64,000 nucleotides of DNA from contig CAWBOS010000013.1 of NCBI GenBank assembly GCA_963790475.1, positions 416,001 through 480,000 of the forward strand, read 5' to 3'. The notes beneath the pieces were generated by a model. That model ran no database searches, was not told the origin of the DNA, and saw only the letters and a list, made by a program, of their open reading frames with translations. This stretch comes from an uncultured delta proteobacterium (lineage in GTDB: Bacteria > Desulfobacterota > RBG-13-43-22). Shown in pieces: positions 56,378-64,000 of this stretch (the stretch's first letter is position 1; each line of letters starts with the position of its first letter). The translations under genes were made by a program, and so were the position numbers.

Positions 56378-57250
56378 ATGAAGCTCAGTAGATTTTTCTT
56401 TTTGTCAGTGATTATTATTCTCGCTGGTGTTTGGGGCTGTGGGACGGCTCCGGTGGCCAAAGAACGCAAGGGCCCACCAAAGATTGCCCTGGTCCTGGGG
56501 GGTGGGGCAGCCCGGGGATTTGCCCACGTGGGAGTCATACGGGCTCTGGAGCAGGAAAAGATTCCCATCAGTATGATCGTCGGGACCAGTGTGGGCAGCC
56601 TGATTGGAGCCCTTTATGCCTCCGATCCTAACAGCTTCAATCTGGAATGGTTGTCCTTCACCATAGAAAAAGAGGATATCTTCGATTATTCCGTGATTTA
56701 TTCCAAGATGGGACCGGTGCAGGGCGAAAGGCTGGAGAAATTTGTTCAAACCAAGGTCAAAGCGAAAACCATGGAACAGATGAAGATTCCTTTTTATGCC
56801 GTAGCCACGGATCTCAACGAAGGAAACACCTGGGTCTTTGAAAAGGGTTCGGTGGCCAAAGCCGTACGGGCCAGCTCTTCCATTCCGGGGATTTTCCAAC
56901 CGCTCGAATTGGGAGGTAAAATGTATGTGGATGGCGGAGTGACCGACAATTTGCCGGTGGATGTGGCCCGGGCCAAAGGGGCCGATATTATCATCGCCGT
57001 CAATATCTCCAAAAATATCCGGAACCCTCAAATCAACACTTTGATCGATGTCATTATGCAGTCCATCAATATCATGGGCCGGGAACTGTGTACCTACAAG
57101 TCAAGGGGGTATGATGTGCTCATTGAACCCAATGTGGGGGACGTGGGCATGACCGATTTTACCCAAAAGAAGCGTTTAATGGATGCCGGTATCCAGGCCG
57201 CCAAACAGGCCATGCCCCGGATTAAGAAATTAATTGAAGAAAAATCTTGA
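56378..57250 (+). CDS. Patatin-like phospholipase, probable lipoprotein
   Basis: LGGGAARG, GTSVG, DGG; signal peptide ending VWG-C. Confidence 0.9.
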   Translation: MKLSRFFFLSVIIILAGVWGCGTAPVAKERKGPPKIALVLGGGAARGFAHVGVIRALEQEKIPISMIVGTSVGSLIGALYASDPNSFNLEWLSFTIEKEDIFDYSVIYSKMGPVQGERLEKFVQTKVKAKTMEQMKIPFYAVATDLNEGNTWVFEKGSVAKAVRASSSIPGIFQPLELGGKMYVDGGVTDNLPVDVARAKGADIIIAVNISKNIRNPQINTLIDVIMQSINIMGRELCTYKSRGYDVLIEPNVGDVGMTDFTQKKRLMDAGIQAAKQAMPRIKKLIEEKS

Positions 57251-57834
57251 TTCAATTGCGGAGTTCGGATTGCAGATTATGGAGTATGCATTCCAATCTA
57301 CCAAGAAGAATATCAATAATAAGAAAAGGGCGAGACCTATAGTCCCGCCCTTCAGAGCTTTTATTAATATCCTGCCTATCTAAAAAATATAAGGATAGGT
57401 ATTGGTCCTATTGGGGTCATTCTGCCGGATTATTTACCTGACCTCCAGAAGTAACCGTTATCTGTTTTCCACCGCCTATCACTTCCCCTATGACCAGTCC
57501 GGGACTAATCGAAATCTCCCGTTTCGGGGCTAGAATAATTCCATTTACCATTGTATCGGGGACCCCATTTGTGGTTCCTCCGCTTCTGCGTACCTTCACA
57601 GGGGAAACCCTGCCTGGCCCATAAGGCCGACGAAGTACTGATTGACAACCCTTTAAACTGGAGCTTTCTTTAACCTGGGTCGTCAATCAGAACCTATCCT
57701 TCTGTCTGTTTCTGTCTGCCTTGTCCGTGGCAAAATAAAGAAATTTTCCCTTTTTTCAAAGAGCTAAATTGATACCGTAAAAAAAGATTGACCCTACACT
57801 AACAGTTGTGTTAAGAATTGTGTGGAGGTTCAAC

Positions 57835-58035
57835 ATGGCTACCAATCTGGCAATTGACGATAAACTCATCATAGAGGCCCAATTAATCGGAGGAACAAAG
57901 ACCAAAAAGGCCGCCGTTACCGAAGCCCTGGAGGAGTACATTCAAAGAAGAAAGCAGCTTCAACTCACTTCCCTGTTTGGGAAAATTGAATACGACCCCA
58001 AATACGATTATAAAAAAACCCGAACACGGAAATGA
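57835..58035 (+). CDS. Type II TA antitoxin, VapB-like
   Basis: MATNLAIDD.L..EA...GG..TKK.AV..AL.EY; ATGA overlap with the PIN gene. Confidence 0.85.
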   Translation: MATNLAIDDKLIIEAQLIGGTKTKKAAVTEALEEYIQRRKQLQLTSLFGKIEYDPKYDYKKTRTRK

Positions 58036-58463
58036 AAGTACTCGTTGATACACCGGTTTGGTCCTTGGCTTTGAGACGATCCGCTTCCCGGTCCCCGGAA
58101 GATCGAATTCTGGTAGATGAATTTTATGAACTGATCAATGAGACCCGGGTTGTCCTCATTGGTCCTGTTCGGCAAGAGTTGCTGTCCGGCATTCCTAATT
58201 ACAACCAATTTACTATTTTAAAAGAAAAGTTGCAGGCCTTTGAAGACTTGTCTCTTAAACGGGAGGCCTATGAAATGGCCGCAGAATTTTACAACACCTG
58301 CCGGAAAGCAGGGGTCCAAGGCTCACAGATTGATTTCCTAATATGTTCTGCCAGCGTGAGCGCCGGGATCCCGATTTTTACTACCGATAAAGATTTTTCC
58401 CTCTACGCCAAACACATCAAGTTATCGCTCTACCATCCACGTAAGACCAAAGCTGAACATTAA
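58032..58463 (+). CDS. PIN-domain toxin, VapC-like
   Basis: VLVDT.VW, QELL.G, IDFLI, FTTDKDF. Confidence 0.9.
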   Translation: MKVLVDTPVWSLALRRSASRSPEDRILVDEFYELINETRVVLIGPVRQELLSGIPNYNQFTILKEKLQAFEDLSLKREAYEMAAEFYNTCRKAGVQGSQIDFLICSASVSAGIPIFTTDKDFSLYAKHIKLSLYHPRKTKAEH

Positions 58464-58519
58464 TGGATGGATTTGAATTTCCATAACCTTCAATAGGTTG
58501 TGGAATTGCCTTAGAAACT

Positions 58520-59431
58520 ATGAAAAAAGGATTTCACCTCTGGATAGGTCTCGCCTGCCTGTTGATTTTTCAAACCGCCCTGGTTCTCAGGATCGAACCG
58601 GTGACCACCTATTTTTATTCCCTGATCTGGTGGTCCTATATTGTCGTTATCGACGGGTTGGTTTTTCGTCTCCGCGGGAATTCCCTGATCGTCAATCAGA
58701 CCAGAAAGTTTTTTCTCTTAATCCCCTGGTCGGTAGCCATTTGGCTGATCTTTGAAGGATTCAATCTGGTTTTGAAAAACTGGCATTATGTCGGTGTGAC
58801 GAAAGAGATAATGATCCGCTGGCCGGGATATTTTGTAGCCTTTGGTACGGTCCTGCCGGCCATCCTGGAAACGAAAGACTTTTTATCTGCTTTGGGAATT
58901 TTTGAGAAAAGTCAAGTGACCCCCATTCCGGTTCAGGCCTCCTGGTACAAGCCTTTGATTATTACCGGGTCCTTGTGCCTGATACTCCCTTTGCTTTTAC
59001 CGCAATTTTGTTTTCCTCTGGTGTGGGTGGGTTTTGTTTTTCTCCTGGAGCCTTCCAATCATCGCGCCGGGAGACAATCCCTGTTAAGGGATCTGCAAGA
59101 GGGGAAGTCCGGAAACCTGTTTCAACTTCTAATGTCCGGCATGATCTGCGGACTGCTTTGGGAATTCTGGAATTTCTGGGCCGTGTCCAAATGGATCTAT
59201 GCCGTCCCTTTCGTGGGACAAATCAAACTTTTCGAAATGCCGGTCCTGGGCTTTTTCGGATTTCCACCCTTTGCCCTGGATTGTTTTGTCATGGTCCATT
59301 TCCTGCGATTACTGGAATCCCGATCGGACGGGAAGCAGAAATTTATCTGGCAGGCCATCCCTTTATGGTTGTTCTTATACGGGGTCATGTTTTCAGCAAT
59401 TGATTTGTACACGGTCAAATCTTTCGGATGA
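58520..59431 (+). CDS. Uncharacterised multi-pass membrane protein
   Basis: Many hydrophobic helices; W..FE..N..L.NW.Y, LWEFWNFWA..KW.Y and FEMP.LG..GFPPF motifs. Confidence 0.7.
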   Translation: MKKGFHLWIGLACLLIFQTALVLRIEPVTTYFYSLIWWSYIVVIDGLVFRLRGNSLIVNQTRKFFLLIPWSVAIWLIFEGFNLVLKNWHYVGVTKEIMIRWPGYFVAFGTVLPAILETKDFLSALGIFEKSQVTPIPVQASWYKPLIITGSLCLILPLLLPQFCFPLVWVGFVFLLEPSNHRAGRQSLLRDLQEGKSGNLFQLLMSGMICGLLWEFWNFWAVSKWIYAVPFVGQIKLFEMPVLGFFGFPPFALDCFVMVHFLRLLESRSDGKQKFIWQAIPLWLFLYGVMFSAIDLYTVKSFG

Positions 59432-59521
59432 TCCTTAATCCGCACGACTTTGGAAAAAGGATTATTCTCAGCAAAGGACTCGGAGATATCAGTCTGTCTA
59501 TTTGAAAAGGGGAAAAAGTAA

Positions 59522-59708
59522 TTCACCACTGAGACACGGAGGACGCAGAGAATTTCTCTTTTTCTTTGGCGGGAGGTACCGCCAAAGAAAAGCCAACCTG
59601 TCGCTTCGCGAACAAGAGGTTCACAAAGTGCCATCGGCAGTCAGGTTTTCAAAAATCGGCACCTCCCGATTTTTGAAAAAATAAATATCTCTGTGGCTCT
59701 GTGGTGAA
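59522..59708. repeat. Second multi-hairpin element with 9-nt periodic inverted ends
   Basis: TTCACCACTGAGACACGGAGGACGCAGAG ... CTCTGTGGCTCTGTGGTGAA enclosing 13-bp and 14-bp perfect hairpins. Confidence 0.78.
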
Positions 59709-59720
59709 AAAGAGTGTCCT

Positions 59721-61058
59721 ATGGGGAAAAAAGTCTATTTTATCAGCCTGGGCTGTGCCAAGAACCAAGTGGACAGTGAAGTGATGCTTCATCAACTATC
59801 GTCCGCAGGGTTTTCCATCACCCAGGAACCTGAGGAAGCCGAAGTAGTGGTCATCAATACCTGCAGCTTCATCGAATCGGCCACCCAGGAGAGCATCGAA
59901 ACCATTCTGGAAGCCGCCCGTTTAAAAAAGGAAGGGGCCTGTCAGGTCCTGGCGGTTACCGGATGTTTCCCCCAACGATATAAAAATCTATTAGTAGAGC
60001 AGATGCCGGAGGTGGACCTTTTCCTGGGGACTGAATCCTTTTTAGGATTGGCCGAGCACATTTCCACCCTCTTGTCCGGGGGAAAAATCCCCAGGATGAT
60101 CGTTAATCCTCAACCCGGACTCTGGCAAGAACCTTATCACCGCCTTCTGACTACCACCCCGGGAACAGCTTATCTAAAAATCGCCGAAGGGTGTTCGAAT
60201 CACTGTGCTTACTGCACCATCCCTTTTATTCGGGGACCTTTTCGCAGCCGGGACCCAAAGGTCTTAATCCGGGAAGTCCTGGCCTTATCTGAGCAGAGGG
60301 TCCGTGAGCTCATCTTGATCGGCCAGGATACCACGGCTTACGGGACCGACCTTGAACAACCGATTTCCTTAATCGAATTGATCCAACAATTGCTGAAGAT
60401 CGATTCTTTTGAGTGGCTGCGTCTGCTCTATTTGCGCCCGGAAAGGATTACCCCGGATCTCCTGGATTTGATCGCCGGAGAAGAAAGGATATGTCCCTAT
60501 CTCGATATCCCGATCCAGCATGTCAGTGACCGAATTTTGAAAGCCATGAACCGTCCCTGCGGCCAAAAGTTGTTGCGGGATTTGATCCAAAGGATTAAAA
60601 AAGTTGTGCCTCAGGCGGCCCTGCGGACCACTCTCATGGTGGGTTTCCCGGGTGAGAAGGACAAGGACTTTCAAGAGTTGATGCGGTTTGTTTCGGAAGT
60701 GGAATTCGATCACCTGGGCGTTTTCAGGTATTCCCCTGAAGAAGGGACCCCGGCTGCCGGTTTTCCCGACCAGGTCTCGGAAGAGATCAGTCATCGTCGG
60801 ATGGAACTCTTGATGTCCAGGCAGAAAGAAATCTCTTTAAAAAAGAATCAAAGCCGGATCGGTTTCTTAGAACCGGTACTGATAACCGGCATCAGTCCGG
60901 AAAGCGAGTTGTTGATTCAGGGTCGGACCCGCTTCCAGGCGCCGGAGGTGGATGGGGTGGTCTTTATTACCGACGGGGAACCGAAAATCGGTGAGATTGT
61001 TAAGGTGAAAATCACCGAAGCCCATCCCTATGATCTGGTGGGGGTAGCGGTCGAGTGA
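59721..61058 (+). CDS. rimO: Ribosomal protein S12 methylthiotransferase RimO
   Basis: SLGCAKN.VDSE, NTCSFI, EGCSNHCAYC.IP, APEVDG (TRAM domain). Confidence 0.95.
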   Translation: MGKKVYFISLGCAKNQVDSEVMLHQLSSAGFSITQEPEEAEVVVINTCSFIESATQESIETILEAARLKKEGACQVLAVTGCFPQRYKNLLVEQMPEVDLFLGTESFLGLAEHISTLLSGGKIPRMIVNPQPGLWQEPYHRLLTTTPGTAYLKIAEGCSNHCAYCTIPFIRGPFRSRDPKVLIREVLALSEQRVRELILIGQDTTAYGTDLEQPISLIELIQQLLKIDSFEWLRLLYLRPERITPDLLDLIAGEERICPYLDIPIQHVSDRILKAMNRPCGQKLLRDLIQRIKKVVPQAALRTTLMVGFPGEKDKDFQELMRFVSEVEFDHLGVFRYSPEEGTPAAGFPDQVSEEISHRRMELLMSRQKEISLKKNQSRIGFLEPVLITGISPESELLIQGRTRFQAPEVDGVVFITDGEPKIGEIVKVKITEAHPYDLVGVAVE

Positions 61059-61221
61059 TTAATCTTCAAGCCGGTTCTGGTCAGAGGAGGCTACGGCTGG
61101 CAGCAAAAATAATCCAAAGGAAAGAAGCGGACCTTGACCCTTATGGCGGCGCCATCGACCTATTGGCCAATACATCCGCAAGCCATTTTCAAAATATATT
61201 CTAGGTGTGAGGAGGAAGATA

Positions 61222-62772
61222 ATGAGTAAACAGGCAGCCCTTCATGAGTTGAAGAGGCGAAAGGAAGTAACTCAGGCCTTAGGCGGACCAAAGGCCATTG
61301 AGAGGCATAGAAAAAGAGGACATCTGACCGCCAGGGAGCGGCTTGATAAATTGCTGGATGAGGGATCATGGCGGGAGATAGGAGAACTTGAGCAGTTTAT
61401 CGGACCCGACGGCCGGGAATATCATGTCAACAAAATTCACGGATACGGCAAAATAAACGGCCGAACCGTCATTGTCCAGACCGATGACAGCACTATTCTG
61501 GCAGGAACCGGGGGCCGTAGTGTTTCAGGACTGGCGCGGAGGAAGGGGCTTCACGAGGATTTGCTGCCTGAAAGAAACTTCCCTTACATCAGGCTCGGCG
61601 AGAGCGGCGGCGTGCATCTGCAAAGCGTCATGGGGTCCACCGGCGTCCTGGCCGTAACCTATCCGGCCACGAGGTTGCTCAATCCGCGACGCGTACCCCG
61701 GGTAACCGGTATTATGGGCCTTTGTTTTGGTGATCCGACTTGGCAGGCCTCCATATCCGACTTCGTGGTGCAGGTAAAAGGGACCTGCATGGCTGTTTCC
61801 GGTCCGCGCGTGCTGGAAGTAGCCCTCAGCGAAAAGATCTCCCCCGAAGAATTGGGCGGTTGGAAATTGCATGCGGAAGTGACCGGACAGGTTGATGCCT
61901 TTGCTGAGGATGACGAACACTGTATGCGGATCATTCGTGAATACCTATCCTACATGCCGTCCCACTGCGACGAGGAGCCGCCCTATATGGCCACGAAGGA
62001 CCTCCCTGACCGCAAGACTAATAAATTGATGGATATCATTCCCGACGTGTCCACCAGGGCTTACGACATGACCAGGGTCATCAAGGACATAGTGGATGAG
62101 GGGAAAATGTTTATCCTGAAGCCCTTTTTCGGCAAAGCCCTGATCACTTGTCTGGGCCGCCTGAACGGTCGAGTGGTGGGCTTTATTGCCAACCAGGTCC
62201 TTTATAACGTAGGAGCGGCCGGGGCCCAGGAATGTGAAAAGGCGACCAGTTTTATTGTCCTTTGCGATTCCTTCAATATCCCGATCATCAATTTGGCAGA
62301 CACCCCCGGTTTGTTAGTCGGCAAGGAAGCCGAAACCAAAAAAATTCCCTCCAAGATTATGAACTGGATGGAAGCCCTGGCCCTGGCCACCGTGCCCAAG
62401 ATTACCGTAATTATTCGCAAGGCCTACGGTATGGCTATTTCCAATATGGGAGGTCCGAATTGCGGGACTGATTTTATCGCCGCCTTGACAACGGCTGAAA
62501 TAAGTTTCATGTCTCCCGAAGCGGCGGCCAACGTGGTTTGGGCTCAAAAAATCGCCGAAGCCGAAGATCCGGAAGCCGAAAGAAAAAGACTGATCGAAGA
62601 AATGCAGTACGGAAGCGCCCCCTGGCAGGCCGCCGCTGACGGCTGGCTGGATGAAGTCTTGGACCCCAGAGATTTGAGAACCTGGGTAATCGAGCGGCTG
62701 GAAATCATGCACAGCCGCAAAAATGGTTTTATGAGCCTGAAAAAATTGCAGGACTGGCCGACCGGTTATTAA
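61222..62772 (+). CDS. Acyl-CoA carboxylase carboxyltransferase subunit (PccB/MmdA-like, divergent)
   Basis: G.LTARERL..LLD, E.LGG...H, CDSFNIP...ADTPG, RKAYG. Confidence 0.85.
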   Translation: MSKQAALHELKRRKEVTQALGGPKAIERHRKRGHLTARERLDKLLDEGSWREIGELEQFIGPDGREYHVNKIHGYGKINGRTVIVQTDDSTILAGTGGRSVSGLARRKGLHEDLLPERNFPYIRLGESGGVHLQSVMGSTGVLAVTYPATRLLNPRRVPRVTGIMGLCFGDPTWQASISDFVVQVKGTCMAVSGPRVLEVALSEKISPEELGGWKLHAEVTGQVDAFAEDDEHCMRIIREYLSYMPSHCDEEPPYMATKDLPDRKTNKLMDIIPDVSTRAYDMTRVIKDIVDEGKMFILKPFFGKALITCLGRLNGRVVGFIANQVLYNVGAAGAQECEKATSFIVLCDSFNIPIINLADTPGLLVGKEAETKKIPSKIMNWMEALALATVPKITVIIRKAYGMAISNMGGPNCGTDFIAALTTAEISFMSPEAAANVVWAQKIAEAEDPEAERKRLIEEMQYGSAPWQAAADGWLDEVLDPRDLRTWVIERLEIMHSRKNGFMSLKKLQDWPTGY

Positions 62773-63132
62773 TGGTATTACTCCGGTAAATAAAGTCTTA
62801 GATAAGTTCGGATCGAAACTTTGAGAATTTTAATTTCGTGATTACGTTGTTACTGATAATCTCCTAATGTGTCGTCACCCCTTCTATGTTGAAAAGCAAG
62901 TCTTTTTTATTAGAGAATGACTTTTTTTTGGTTTTTAAGGTTTTTAAGATAAACCTCTTCACGGACGGCTGCCTGGATGATCTCCTGAGGAGGCTGAACT
63001 ACCTGCGATAGAAACAGGCGACCATCCGTGAAGAGGTCACTTTTGGCAATTCCTTTTTAACCGCAGGAGATAGCCAAGGAAGCCGATCCGTCGATTAATT
63101 GATACCAAACTTGAGGGCTGGACCAATCTTTC

Positions 63133-63300
63133 AAATCAACCTTCTATCAGCAGACATATCTTGATGGATCGCTGCAGAATCTTGATAATGTTAAAATCGT
63201 GGGCACGGAGTCTAGTGAAGAGCAGGCATCATCTGCCGATGAGCTGCAGGGGTGACGGACCGTTTATGCCCACGAGCCGATTTATCGGATTGGAAGCACC
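63133..63300 (-). ncRNA. Putative bridge RNA (target loop then donor loop)
   Basis: Stem TCGTGGGCAT/GTGCCCACGA with loop strand CGTCACCCCT identical to flank 62873-82; second stem ATCAA/TTGAT with ATAGAAG complementary to the element end CTTCTAT. Confidence 0.75.
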
Positions 63301-63311
63301 TCTTCGGGTTA

Positions 63312-64000
63312 TTATTGAACTACACCAGGCACATATTCCACCTGGTTCTTTAACACATAACGAATGCGGTTGAGCAGTTTCCGGGCGATCTTGATAATGG
63401 CCCTGGTTTTCTTCATCCGTTGGCAATATTCATTAAAGGCCAAAAGCAGGACCGGGTCCTTGCGGGCCGCCACCCAGGCGGCTTCGATGAGCAAAGCCCT
63501 TAATTGGGGGTTTCGCCGGTGGGTTAAGTTTTTTATATGTTCGGTCTCCCCACTGGATTCGACATCGGGGATTAATCCGACATAACTGGCCAACTTGTCG
63601 AGGGAGACAAAGCGGGCCAACTCACCCAGCTCGGTCAGGAAAATCATGGCCGCCAGGGTACTGATCCCCGGGATCGTTTTTAACAACCGGACCCTTTCGC
63701 GATATTCTGCTTCCCGGGCCAGCAAAATGATGGACCGGTTTAAAGAAGCGATGATCCGTTTCAGATGATGGAGTTCGTCTAAGTGGGCCTTGAGGGCCAT
63801 ATCGCCACTGGTCCGCTCCATACGAAGATTTTCGAGACAGCCAAGAAATTTTTGAGACCAATGGCGGTCAACAACTTCTTCGGGCAGAGTAATCCCATAG
63901 AAGTAAAGGAGCGCCTTAATTTGATTTTTACACCGGGTTTGCTTTCTCACCATACTTTGGCGGGTTCGAACCAGACTGCGATCCTCCAGCTTCGGACGGC
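63312..64000 (-). CDS. IS110-family transposase, 5' part outside the window
   Basis: TIPGI HhH, SYVGLIP..ESSG, LR..LIEAAW, IARKL. Confidence 0.92.
   Translation of the reverse strand, partial: RPKLEDRSLVRTRQSMVRKQTRCKNQIKALLYFYGITLPEEVVDRHWSQKFLGCLENLRMERTSGDMALKAHLDELHHLKRIIASLNRSIILLAREAEYRERVRLLKTIPGISTLAAMIFLTELGELARFVSLDKLASYVGLIPDVESSGETEHIKNLTHRRNPQLRALLIEAAWVAARKDPVLLLAFNEYCQRMKKTRAIIKIARKLLNRIRYVLKNQVEYVPGVVQ

Larger units (their letters stand above)
62881..64000 (-). mobile_element. IS110-family insertion sequence, downstream part (continues beyond the window)
   Basis: Transposase C-terminus plus about 430 bp of downstream non-coding region ending at a CT core (62881-82); end shared with the remnant at 28756. 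Confidence 0.9.

Overview
This is a core chromosomal segment of a probable Desulfobacterota (deltaproteobacterial) anaerobe. Housekeeping content: a Liv-type ABC transporter with an acyl-CoA ligase, pyrF, clpB, htpX, purA, tRNA-Leu-tig-clpP-clpX-lon, and rpmH-rnpA-yidD-yidC-jag-mnmE-rsmG (no mnmG, parAB or dnaA alongside). Also recJ, selA, a bioY ECF module with a BirA operator, hpt, fabD, a four-subunit 2-oxoacid:ferredoxin oxidoreductase, ppx-guaB-guaA-dnaE, rimO and a carboxyltransferase. selA, a nitroreductase and dnaE carry single-base frameshifts, probably assembly indels. The notable signal is non-coding. (1) Three IS110-family loci (one complete, one cut by the window edge, one remnant) have downstream non-coding regions that fold like bridge RNAs, with loop sequences matching their own ends and flanks. 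(2) Inverted 7-nt-periodic repeat arms sit at many gene junctions; one pair encloses a four-helix-bundle (IVP/Avd-like) gene. (3) Two approximately 190-bp multi-hairpin elements have 9-nt-periodic ends, and one is the insertion site of the complete IS110.
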